Made by a program: the position numbers and the translations under genes. The notes under the pieces are model-generated. The model was not told where the DNA came from and did no database searches. It saw only the letters and a list, made by a program, of their open reading frames with translations. From contig CAUYUJ010000214.1 in assembly GCA_963575745.1 (NCBI GenBank), forward strand, positions 434,001-498,000: a DNA stretch of 64,000 bases, given 5' to 3'. Shown piece by piece: positions 1 to 12,186 of this stretch. This DNA comes from Prorocentrum cordatum. Lineage: Eukaryota. Each line of letters begins with the position of its first letter. Position 1 is the first letter of the stretch.

Positions 1-88
1 GCGCCTCGGCCCGCCGGCCCCCCGAGGCGAGGCGGCGACGGCCAGAGGTCTCCAGCCAGAGGCCGGCCGGCCACCAGCGGGGGGAGCT

Positions 89-460
89 GTGGTGTCCTTG
101 CCCCCCCCCGGGGGACTCCTCGATTTCGACGCCCCTCTCAGGAGCTCGTCGAGGCGATGGGCTCCCCCACGGGGGGGGCCAGGCGATGGGCTCCCCCACG
201 GGGGGGGCGAGTCAATTTTTTCGAGCTGGGCGTTTTCGCCTTTTTTCGGGCCCCGGGGCCCTCACAGCTCGATCCGGCTCGAAAAAGGACGCAGAAAGAT
301 GGGGTCTGGGGCTCTGGGCGCGGACTTTCCCGGTGCTGCCATTGTTTCGCTACGTCGGATCTCAGGGGAGTTGTGGTCCCTTGCCCCCCCCGGGGGGCCC
401 CTCGATTTCGGCGCCCCTCTCGGGAGCTCGTCGAGGCGATGGGCTCCCCCGCGGGGGGGG
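89..460. repeat. About 90-bp direct repeat (89-177 and about 373-460)
   Basis: CTCGATTTCG.CGCCCCTCTC.GGAGCTCGTCGAGGCGATGGGCTCCCCC occurs twice. Confidence 0.75.
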
Positions 461-534
461 CAAGGGCCATCAGTTCCCCCAGCTGTGGCTGGTCGGAGAG
501 GCCCCCAGAGAGAGGGCCGAGGACGCCGCCCGCC

Positions 535-566
535 GCCGTCGCCATCATCTGCGTCGTGGTCGTCCG

Positions 567-627
<61 letters not shown>

Positions 628-645
628 GAGCACCATCACCATCAC

Positions 646-701
<56 letters not shown>

Positions 702-708
702 CCACCAC

Positions 709-780
<72 letters not shown>

Positions 781-842
781 CATCCTCATCCTCATCATCA
801 TCCTCATCCTCATCCGCATCATCATCATCATCAGCAACATCG

Positions 843-877
<35 letters not shown>

Positions 878-2302
878 GTAGTCAGTGTTATCATCATCAT
901 CATAATCATCATCACCATAATCGTCATCATCATCATCATCGTCATCATCTGAATCATTAGCATTATCCGTATCATCAGCATCGATCTCATGCTCGTCATG
1001 CTCGCCATCACCATCACCACGATCAGCATCATCATCATCATCGTCGTCATCGTCATCATCATCAGTATGATCACCATCATCATCAGTAGCATCGGCATCA
1101 TCATCATCATCATCATCATCGTAGTCAGTATCATCAGCATCATCAGCATCATCATCATCACCATCATCGTCATCTTCATCTGCATCATTAGCATTCTCAG
1201 TATCATCAGCATCGATTTTTATCCTCGTCATGCTCGTCATCACCATCATCACCACGATCCACATCATCATCATCGTCATCATTATCAGGATCATGATAAT
1301 CATCATCATCAGCAGTATCACCATCATCATAATATCCATCAACATCATCATCATCAGCAACAACAGCATCATCATTGTCATTAGCATTAGCACCGTCATC
1401 CTTATACTCATCCAAGCCTCTTCCTCATCATCAACATCATCATCATCACATTCATGATCATCATCACCACCATCATCACCATCGTCATCATCATACCATC
1501 ATCATCGTCATCATCAGCAGCATCATCAGCACCATCATCAACTTTCTTCGTCACTCGTCGTCGCCCGTCGTCGCCGTCATCATATGCCTGGTCGTCGCTG
1601 GTCGTTGTCGGTTGTCGTCGGTCGTCCTCGTTCGTTGTCGTCGGTCAACCGTCGTCGCTTGTCGTCGTTCGTCGTCCGCCGTCCGTCGTCCTCGTCGTCG
1701 TCGGTCGTCTTCGTCGTCCTCGTCGTTCGTCGTCCGCCGTCGTCGTCCACCACCGTCCATCGTCGCCGCCTCCCGTTACCCTTCCTCGTCGTCGTCGTTC
1801 GTCGTCGGCCGGTCGTCGTCGGTTCTCGTCGTCGTTCGTCGTCGGCCGTCGCCCGTCGCCAGCGGCGGCGGCGGCGAGCCGCCCTCCGCCGCGGCGGCCG
1901 CGCCAGGCGAGCCCGCGGCCCCTGCGGCTGGCAGCGCCGACGGCGGCGGGGGCTCGGCGGCTGGCAGCCCGCGGCCCCCGGGCTTCTCGCCGGCGTCGGG
2001 CGGGGGCTCCTCGGTGGGCGAGGCCGCGGCCCGCGGCGCTTCTGCTGCCGCTGCAGCTCGCTTCTGCGCGCGAGCCCACCTCCTCCTCGCTCCTCCTCCT
2101 CGCTCCTCCTCCTCCTCGCTCGCTCCTCCTCCTCCTCCTCCTCCTCCTCCTCCCCTCCTCCTCCTCCTCCTCCTCCTCCTCCTCCCTCCTCGCTCCTCCT
2201 CCTCCTCCTCCTCCTCCTCCTCCTCCTCCTCCTCCTCCTCCTCCTCCTCCTCCTCCTCCTCCTCCTCCTCCTCCTCCTCCTCCTCCTCCTCCTCCTCCTC
2301 CT
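535..2302. repeat. Compound trinucleotide microsatellite (CGT)n/(CAT)n/(CCT)n
   Basis: Direct inspection. Confidence 0.95.
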
Positions 2303-2619
2303 GGGGTGAACGAGGAAGTGGTGCGGAGCCTCCCAGGCGGGGGCCGCCGGTGCTCGGCGTGCCGGGCGGCATGCTGGCAGTCGCCCACGGTGCTGGAGGT
2401 TGTCCACCGCGGGGCGGCCGTGGAGCGGCCGTGGGACGCGGCCGCGCCTGCCCGCGGGGGCCCTGCAGCTCGCGCTGGCGGCCCCCTCCCGAGCGCGGCC
2501 GGAAGGGCTCGCCTCGGTCGGGTGCTCCTGGGCTCGGCTGGCGGGCGGCCGACCGATGCCACGCCCGCTGCAGGGGCCGACGTGGGGGAGCAGCGCTGTG
2601 AGGGGCGAGTGCCGCTCGT

Positions 2620-3149
2620 GTCGCCCATGCCCGAGGAGGCCCCCGCGGGCCCGCTCGGCGAGGCTGCGGCGCAGCATGTCCGGCAGCAGGCGTCGCGCAG
2701 GTGCGCGCGAGCGACGGACGTCTGGCGCTCCACCGCGGCAGCGGCGGTGCAGCGGATCGCGCGGGGGCGGCCAGAGCGGCGCGTGGTGGCCGCTGCGAGG
2801 GCAGCCAGCAGCGCCGCGAGCAGCCGCAGCCCCATGCAGCGCACGGGGCCGCCGCCCCCGCCCCAGGAGGGGCCGCGGACAACTGGCAGGAGCGTGCTGG
2901 ACGTTCCACGGAGCTGGTCGACGATGGCGACGCGGTGGCGGACACGCGCGGAGCGGCGGTGGTCGACGCGGGAGCTGATCGAGACCAACCTGACCGTCTA
3001 CAACCAGAAGCACAAGGCGAAGGCCTGCAAATACTGCAAGGGCGAGAAGCACGTCCCTCCGGACTCGCGGGCCTGCCGCCCGCCCGGCCCCCGGCACCCG
3101 GGGCTGGGCGACAGCGCGCGCGGCGGCCCCTAGGGGAAGGGGACGAAGG
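2620..3149 (+). pseudogene. Decayed coding relic (gag/zinc-knuckle-like) interrupted by the copia insertion; continues after 21075
   Basis: ELIETNLTVYNQKHKAKACKYCKGEKHVPPDSRAC. Removing the element restores a continuous frame GGP*GKGTK|VSAIPADDADDKLPDEDIQEAQAE. Confidence 0.4.
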
Positions 3150-3346
3150 TGTGAATAGAACCCGTGTAATACCCTCATATATACTCCTTATCCTCACCTC
3201 TCCTGCGCCTGGCCGTTTGGGCTCAGGTATTGGGACAGATCGATCAGACCTTTGATCGTGCAGGAGGGAAAGACATCCATCTATCCCTCCTTCCCTCTAC
3301 CAACGGATCAGGGGTTCTGTACCCTTGTACTTCAACCCCATGCACA
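3150..3346 (+). repeat. 5' LTR (197 bp)
   Basis: TGTGAATAGAACCC...CCCCATGCACA; matches 20874-21070 with 7 substitutions and no indels by eye (about 96%). Confidence 0.97.
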
Positions 3347-3358
3347 GGTTATCAGCCC
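3347..3358 (+). promoter_or_regulatory. Primer-binding site, half-tRNA(iMet) type
   Basis: GGTTATCAGCCC abuts the LTR end. It is 11/12 identical to GGTTATGAGCCC, the complement of the initiator-Met tRNA anticodon arm used by Ty5/copia-type elements. Confidence 0.75.
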
Positions 3359-4083
3359 TTTAAAGCTCACCTTTCACCGAACCGCACGTTGCGACCTCGC
3401 ACGCGGTCTCGATGGAGCCCCTGCGGCGCATGCGCCGCAAGGGGTCCATCGGGGCCTCGCGTCCGAGCTCTCCGACGGCACGACGGCTCGGTGACGAGTT
3501 GGAGAGCCTTAGTGCGGACTGTGTTGGTGTTCCAGATACCCCCCCCCCCCCAGCTCCGACGGACCCGAGGCGCGGCTAGCTGCTGAGCTTCACCGCAGCG
3601 CCGCCCGCGGGGGGACAGGAGAAGGAGTAGGAACAGGAAGGAAGGAGTTTCACACGCCTACCTTCGATCCTCCATCCCCTCCCCCGTCGGGGGCAATCCT
3701 AACCGCGTCAGGCGAAAGCCTCGCTGGTCATGACACTCCAGGGCGCTTTCGCGCTAACCGCCGATGGACCTCAGGCGCTGGCACCCCCAGCCCTGCGACC
3801 GTCCCCGTGGCGGAGCACGCAGCCACCTTCGAGGAACTCAGTAGACCAGTGGCGGCACAGCCGCAGACGCAGTACCCCAAGGTATCATCGGACGAGACAC
3901 CACACACACATGGTCCGAGTCGCAGCTCGTCCGCACGCAATCGCCGTGGAGCCCCAGGCCCATGCGGCGAGAGTAGGTCGAGCCCGCGTACTGCCTCTCA
4001 GAGGCCATGCACTCCCCGTGACAGGGGACACAGGGAAGCTGACGCTCCCCACCTCTCCATCTCAGACGACCAGCTGGCGGAAA

Positions 4084-6973
4084 ATGTCCGCCGCATGTGA
4101 AATAGCTGAGCTCAGAGACCAGGTTGAAACCTTCGTGTCCAGGCAATATTCTGGACTACTGCAGAGCGTTCAGACGAACGCCGCCGATACTGCAGCCATA
4201 CGCCACGATCTGGACGGCGCCTTAGGGATCATTGATTCCAGGATCGCTGAAGATCGACGCATCATAGGTGAACTGCAGTACCAGGTTGATCGTGAGGTGT
4301 CACACTCAGGTGAACGAACGGCGATGGTCGAGAACCTGCGCAACTACCTCGCGCAGATGGAGCAACAGCTTGTGCTCGTACGCGACACAGGCGTTTTAGC
4401 AGTCAGGATTTTACATGATGAGATCCACGACCAGCTCCGCAACCGACCAACACCAGCCGAGGCCACCGACCTTGGCGACGTTCAGTCTCAGATCAATGAT
4501 CTTCGATCTTATCCAGACCACACTACGGTGACGCTTCGCAACGAAGCACACACCAACTCGTCGAACCTGATCGACATGTTGCAGCGTACTGAGAGAGTCA
4601 TCACTCAAAGGCTTGATGCGACCAACGCTGTCGTGCAGCCACTCGCTAACCGGATCTCTGACATTGAGCAGCGTTTTCCTGGTGTGCAGGACGCCCTGGC
4701 AGAGTTGCGTGTCGGACGAGCCCAGACTGGCCAGCTGGATTCTCCTCCCACGGTTTACGATTTCGCCCGCCTCACTGACAGGTTGCAGGAGGTTGAGAAG
4801 GCGGCGGACCACACGCAGTTGGAGCTCTCCCAGGTTATTCGTGAAAGAGATACTGAGAAGGTACGTGTAGAAGGTCACCTCGCACGTCTGGAATGCGAGC
4901 TGGAGGCACAAAGCGCCCGTCTCCGAGCACGCGAGCAACGACTTGATCGGCATTCACAACGTTCTCGGGATACTGATGAGTATACACGCCAAAAGGTGGC
5001 ACAAATACACGAAGACATGGCGAACTGGACGAATCAGCTGATCGACCACACCAACGACACCAATCTCCACCTTCGACCTGCAACCGACCTGCACAGGCCG
5101 ACGGCAGCGTCCGCCGAAGCAACACATGCCTCTGCAGGACAACAACGACGTACGTCACCAGGAGCAGCCTCCGCGGCAGCTTCTTCACAGACACGCCAAT
5201 TGTCTCCTGTGCGCACAGAACCAACTACTGACGGTGCACCGATACCCTCACAACCATTGTCTGCGGTTTCGGTCCATACTACAACTCGTATCAAGGAGTC
5301 AGACACCGTCCGAGTCCCTGTCTTGCCTAAGATCACGCAGCTGCTCGAGTGGCAGCAAACAGTACGGAAGAACTTCGGGGCCGCCTCAGGGCGACCATCC
5401 AAAGCGCACGCCTTCCTATGCGTGGCTGAACAGCCCGAATGTACATTCGAGGACTTACAAGACAGTGGAGACTTCGAGAGCATCGATTGCAAACTCGCTA
5501 CCGCTCTGAGCGACATCTTATCCTCGGACTTGCGCTACCAAATCAGGCTCATCGAAACCAGAAAGCACAAAGCAGGACGCATGCTCAAAGGACGCCAGAT
5601 TTACTGGCATATCCTACAGTCCTACAAAGTGACAGAGGTTGATGACGACCTGCACGACTTCGAGCGCCTTAAAGAATTGAGGATGAGAGATGACGATTTG
5701 CAACGTTTTATTACTGACTGGGACGCTTTACTCTTGGAGTGCCGAGAAGCACCCGATCCAAAGATCTTGGAATCTCTGTTTCGTACACAGATTCGGAGAC
5801 ATGCCTGGATGAAACAAGACATGTACGATTACCAGCGCATGAAGATCAGCGACCCGAATCGTACCTATGATTGGCCCCGACAGCGTGTCCTGGACATACT
5901 GGAGCTTAAACAATTGGAGAAGAATCAAAACAAGTTACGGTACGAACATGAGACACGTTCTCAAGTCAACGCGTGCGCTGCCTGGAAGAAAGGCAATTGT
6001 CGCAATGGTGAACGGTGCAAGGCTTTGCATACATATTCCAGGGATTGGAAGAACAACAAATCTTCCAGAACATCGACGGCTGGTGGCAACTCCCGCCGCA
6101 GCATGTCCACTCCTGCGAATCACAAGAAGCCAGCATCGAAACCATTTTGCTCCGATTTCGCCAAGCGCAACACATGTACCAGAGGCGACAAGTGTAACTT
6201 TCCACACGTCGCACAGTGTAAAGATTTCGCACAGAATAAGTGCCCCAGAGGCGATAAATGCAAATATGCTCATCTTACACCTGGTGCGAAGACTCCCGAG
6301 CGAAGCCCGAGTCGACCACGGACCTCCAGCCAGGATAGCCGCGGCCGATCACCATCCCGCGGATCAGGAAGCCAACGTTCTTCACAACGCGGGGGGGTCC
6401 GCTACGCAAGCGACTCGCGCCATGGACGTGACAACCGACGCCAATACGACCGATCTCGTTCAACATCCAGGAGGTCCCCAGACTCTCGCAGTCAATCGAG
6501 AAGTCGATACGACAGATCTTCGAGATCTACCTCCCGAGGGCGGACGCGGTAGTCCACGCGGCCGTGATAGGTCATATGGCAGTGACAAAGGACGTGGCAG
6601 ACGTTCCCCGGGCCACGGTTCGTCCCGTGGCTCACCCCACGCTAGAGCACGTTCTCCTGCCAACTTTCGACGTTCACGCCGTTCCGACCGCAGTTACGTC
6701 ATCCGTGACAAGACCCTCATGGCCAACACTAAGGCCACAGCGACATCTACCAAAACACGTCGTCGGATACGCTTCGACATACGTAACGTGGAATACTATT
6801 TACATACCGTATCTGGCAGGGCCAGATTGGACAAATGGAAGGAGATGCCGAACGAGGGTGACATCGTCAATGTACCAGACCCGTTACCACAACGATGGTG
6901 GGATCAAAATGCGGACGCCCTACGAGAATGTCAAAAAGAGGCACAGCTATGGTACGACGACCTATATGACTAG
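4084..6973 (+). pseudogene. gag: Gag-like region: coiled coil, capsid-like core, three CCCH zinc fingers, RS-rich tract
   Basis: ORF 3730-6552, with a probable ATG at 4084. CX7-8CX5CX3H occurs three times at 5974-6273. The RS/RG-rich run continues in the next frame after a single extra G near 6538 and reaches a TAG at 6971 that is in frame with pol. Confidence 0.85.
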
Positions 6974-9900
6974 CGTCACAATAAAGAGCCGGTGGCCACA
7001 CCAACTGCGATCCGAAAATATGACGACACTGTTAAGCAGTCATCAAAGACAGCCCAGACGAATACAACGACAATGCAAGTCGACCCACCACGCTCGACTG
7101 CTGCATTGACACGGTCTTGGTTTCTCGACAGTGGTTCTGCTCATCAGATTCAGGGAAACCATGAACTAACGCAGACCGAATCGGATCGCATATCTATTCG
7201 CGAAGAGCATATTCTGGAAACTGCCAATGGTGATCGTACTGTCGACGAGCACTACGACATACGGCTACCCGAGGTCGGCTTACACAGTTCAGCCCTTGCC
7301 TTGCCAGATTGTCCATCTTTACTATCAGTTGGGAAATTGATCGAGGTTGATGGTTTTCGGCAGCTTTGGGATCCTGAGCTGGGCTACTTGCTTCAGGATC
7401 CGGGGGGCCAATGGTATAACATTCCAGTCAACAATAGAGTTCCAGAATTACGACTCGACGACCTGACACTGATGCCACCACCACGCCTATGCACTTCGTC
7501 AGCACCCCGACGTCGTCAGCGCAAGCGTTCATCCGCCCGCTGCAACGACATTTGCTGGTGCTGCAAAACTACAGAGCAGTCAACCACTGCAGAAGAGCTA
7601 CGGCCCCACATAGGGACCTGCCCCAAGAGACCACATGTCGGAGAGGGAGGAGGAGCACGGACCACCGCGGTCGAAGAACTTCCCGACACAAACACAGACG
7701 AGCCTAACGTGGACACACCCACCGACTCGCCTACGTCTCAGACGCAGTGTCCTCCTCTACAATGCGGGGGGGTAGTAGATATAGCTCAAGCAGATAACGA
7801 CATACCGACAGAGACGCCCGCGCGAATGCATCACGACAATGATCGAGTTCTCCCCAACAGACAGAAGAAACCGATCGACCCGATGCATTACATGACTCAC
7901 AGCCCAAAACACCTTGACTGTGAGATCTGTTCTCGTACGATGGCGCAGAATGCCCCGTGTAGACGACAGCGCAAACCACACCCACCGGCAGATCCCACCG
8001 ACGAGGATAACGCCTACGAGGCTTTTGTCCCGAAGAAGTTTGGCGAGGCTTTAACTGCCGACCATATCGTCCTGGCCAAAGACGATGCCGCGGACAAACA
8101 CGGCGACAAGTATGCACTTGTTGTCCTAGACAGATACACCGGCATCTTCATGGCCTACCCAGCACTACACAAAGACGCAGCTACCACAAAGGCATCCTTT
8201 CAACAGTTCATCGCCGCGAACGATGAGGTGCAGCATATCTATACAGACAATTCTGGAAAGCTTCAGAAAGCTCGCCGCCAACTGGGATGGAGACACGACA
8301 CGAGTACGCCACATCGTGCGCAAACGAATGGATTGATTGAGCGCGTCGTCAAAATTGTCATTCTCGGTACGAGAGCTGTGTTACATATGTCTGGTCTGGG
8401 ACACGAATGGTGGAAAGAGGCCATGCAAGCCTTTTGCTCTGGACACAATTTTGTGCATGCATCCACGGGCGTGGCTGCCCTCAATGAGGAGCATGCAGAT
8501 AAGACAGCTCATGAACTACGCTTTGGTGAAAGCTTTCCCGGGCACTGCATGCCATTCGGTGCTCGAATCTTCTGGAAATGCCTCAACCCCGAGATTAACA
8601 ATGAGACTGCGAAGTTTAAAGAAAATACTCGGGAAGGGTTATTCATGGGTTGCCACTTACATTCTGGTGGGCGATGGTCAGGTGACTATCTTGTTTTGGA
8701 TACGGCTACATATGCCAAGAATCCTGATGGTGAACTGTGCCACGTGTACAGTATCAAAGACATCATCATCCCTGGTGGCAAGTTCACCTACCCAGTGAAA
8801 GAAGGTACTCTGCGACATTATAACCCTGAGGCACACGACGAGGTCAAGGCATCCACTTCTCGCCCCTTGGGTGATAAGCCAATGCCCGATCCTCCACTTT
8901 CCTACCCTACGGAATGGGATGACCCATCTATGCTGACAACGGAGGACAACGCCGCTGATATCCAAACATCGGCTTCTGGAGTTGCTGCACCAGCGCCGGA
9001 GCCCGACTACTGGGAACAGCGCGGATATTGCGTCATCAGACATATTCGTACCCCACGCAAGAAACTGTTCATCCCGACGGACGACGTCATGAACATACCT
9101 GTACCTGTTGATCAACTCGATGTGACACGAGATTTCAGGACAACTTTTACTTTTGAAGGAGAAAGTGACTTTCGAGATGTTTGGGATGGTGTTAGCGCCA
9201 ACGACCACAGGGAGTTAAGCGAGCCGTGGACAGGCACGATTCAATTCTATGAGCTTCCAAAAATGACGCCAGACGGCAAAATGGTGGTTCGCGGACGCGA
9301 GACACGTATACAGACGACTACACGTCCTGATCACATTCTTCCCGAGCATTGGACAACACTCTCTCGTGGACAACAAAAGAAGGAAATCGACTACGCCAAC
9401 GACGTTAAACGGGCTCGTGAGATTCGTGACCGAGCTGCACTAAGAGTGTGGACAAGACAGGACAAACAGGTCAACAATTTCCGTACCACTACATCCGGCG
9501 GACCCACATGGAATACTGTGGAACGACGGATTACATACGACACTGACAATGGCGCCGTCATCCGTGATGAAAATGTCAAAGGCGTGACAAACAAAGGAAT
9601 ACTGTATGCCAAATTACCTGGTGGGCCACGTGACATTACTACGGTACTGTACTACCGCCAATCACCACAACAGCACGATGGAGAAGAACGCGCTTTGGTA
9701 CTTGTGGATGGTGAAGGAACCGACTTTGGGACCATGAACCCCCTCATACGCCAGTTCACCCAGTCGGTAGCAATACCAACTATGCCACGTGAGACCACCT
9801 ACATACTGGCACACAGGGATAAAATACCTGATCCCTCATGGTCACGCCCGGCACTAGTTACCAGAAGCCTGAGTAAGACAGAAGTTGCCGCAGAACCACG

Positions 9901-12186
9901 TGCACAAGAAGCCCTACGAAAAGAATACGAGAGATTGGAAAAGAAACAAACGTGGATGTTGGAGACTGTTGCAGAAAAGCTGATATTGAGTCACAAGCTA
10001 TCCGCACTGGGACGGAAGTTCATTTCTTCAATATCTTAGAGCTATCTTCAGTCAAACACGAGGAACTTCCACCTGATCTACGTAAATTCAAAGGCAGAGT
10101 GGTGGTTCAGGGCAATGCAGGCAAAGATGAAACTGGCTTGGCCGCAATATTCGCCGACGCCGCTTCCAGTGCTTCACATATTGAGGCTTCCAAACTTTGC
10201 GATGCTACTGCATTATTGCCACAATATGCGGGAGAACAAAGTGATGCACCTGGAGCCTACACACAGGCATTATTATACGGCGACGGACGAATCGATCCAG
10301 TTGATACCTGGATTACCATCCCTGAGTGGCGACAACCGACATCCTGGTCAAAATGCAAAAATCCAGTGTGCCGATTGCGATTGGCTCTATACGGACACCC
10401 TCTCGCAGGTGTCTTTTGGGAACGAAAATGCCGTACGTGCTTAGAAAGCGTTGGTTTCGAGCTTATTTCAGGATGGGAATGTGTATGGAGACACAACAAA
10501 CTGGGACTGATACTTTCAGTATATGTGGATGACTTTAAATTAGCCGGCCCAGCTCACAATCTACAGACTGGCTGGGATTATATTCGCAAAAGCGGTATTG
10601 ACTTGGATCCACCTACTCCATACTCACAATTTTTTGGTTGTTGACAACAGGCATATGAGGTACCGCAGACTATCTTCGACAAAAGAATGTCTACCATACG
10701 CCCTATGTTGCCCGTGCACAATGAGAAAGATTACAATGCGGCCAAACAAGTTCGTGGAATTCGACATCATATGCTTGGTTTTATTGATCAGTGCATTGAG
10801 CGATACCTGGAATGCGCCTCCAAGCGCGTCCAGGGACCAGGGTCGCGTCGGAATCGATCCGACTCGCCGAGGACTTCGCGATCCAAATCGCCTGCATCCT
10901 CCAGGTCGGTCGCCAGACCTACTAGTGTGCTCAATGCACGGCCACGATCATCCAGCCCAGCAAAATCGGTCGACACGACATCTACCACGACAGATCCCAT
11001 ACCCGTCACATACGATGACCTACCTGACGCCGAAACTCCTGGCATCGAGGACACCTCCTTCACGGATTCCGACTATTCCGACGAGGGCGTCCTTGGCCAG
11101 GACGCGGCGAGTGTACCAATGAAGATCCTATACTTGGCACGTTGTTGTCGTTTCGATCTTTTACATCCAGTATGTATGATGGCCAGAGAAATTACAAAAT
11201 GGAATACTACGTGTGATAAACGTCTACATCGGTTGATATGCTATATCAAAACGACGCGCACACATTGTGTGCACGGATGGATAGGTGATTCGTCAGACAA
11301 GTTATCCATCATGCTCTTCACTGACGCCTCGTTCGCCGATTGCATTACATCATCCAAATCCACTACCGGCGTTTTCGCCGCGCTTGTTGGACCCAATACG
11401 TTCTTTCCAGTCAACGCTGTATGTAAGAAACAAACGGTTGTGTCACATTCATCGACTGAATCCGAGATCGTTGCCCTTGACTCAGCACTGCGACTGGAAG
11501 GATTACCACTGCTCTCACTCTGGGAAGCCGTGGTGGGAATTGCCAAAACATGCAAAGAGAAGAATGCATGCCTGAGCTGCCATCGACACGCCGACCCGGC
11601 AATGTGTTCGACGTTGGCAGCCAAAAAGAAGCGTAAGCCATCGCCTCGCAAGGCACCCCCTACACGGGGATCTTCTCTCAGCCGTAGGCAACTACCGCTA
11701 AATACGGAATTGCACACGCCTCCAAAGAGACGTACAATATCCCATGAGGGTACAGTATTGCACGTGGATCCAGAACCGGCTCAAGAGATTAGTTCTCCCA
11801 AAGTGCGACTTATCGCCCTCGAGGATAACCAGGCCGTGATCAAAATTGTCCAAAAAGGACGTACACCAGCACTTCGTCATCTTCATCGTACTCATCGTAT
11901 CAACCTGGATTGGATATGCGAGACGTGCCAACTCGAACATATCGAGCTCAAATACGTAGGTACAAAGGAGCAGGTCGCAGATATGATGACCAAACATTTC
12001 GAGACGAAGAAAGCAGACCTTTGGAAGGATCTCTTGGAACACTCGCTCATCTTTCCCGCTACCCCGATACAGTGTCCTCCAAAGAAACCCTGGAAACCAT
12101 TGCGAGGGCCTCGAAGGCCCGATGGTTTACCTCATGTTGCGGAACCTCCAAAACTGGATGGATGCCCTGAAGTATGCAAAATATGA
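6974..12186 (+). pseudogene. pol: Copia Pol (aspartic protease, integrase, reverse transcriptase, RNase H) with one frameshift near 9977 and an internal TGA at 10642
   Basis: Protease WFLDSG (DSG at 7127). Integrase HYMTH..CEIC (7886-7930) and TADH/YTDN/NGLIER DDE (8060, 8246, 8339). RT KFKGRVVVQGN, ALYGHPLAG and YVDD (10522). RNase H FTDAS (11323), SHSSTESE, EDNQA, ADMMTK. Confidence 0.95.

Noticed and set aside
89..2600. Long ORFs with poly-I/H/D/S/P/L runs (also 26400-28400, 33600-35200, 42700-45300, 52400-58000, 61300-62900)
   Set aside because: They are translations of trinucleotide microsatellites and GC-rich repeats that lack stops in several frames; no protein-like complexity.
6530..6552. 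Programmed gag-pol frameshift
   Set aside because: No recognisable slippery heptamer, and removing one G from GAGGGC gives a seamless SRGGRGS reading. More likely a mutation or sequencing error, though not excluded without other copies.
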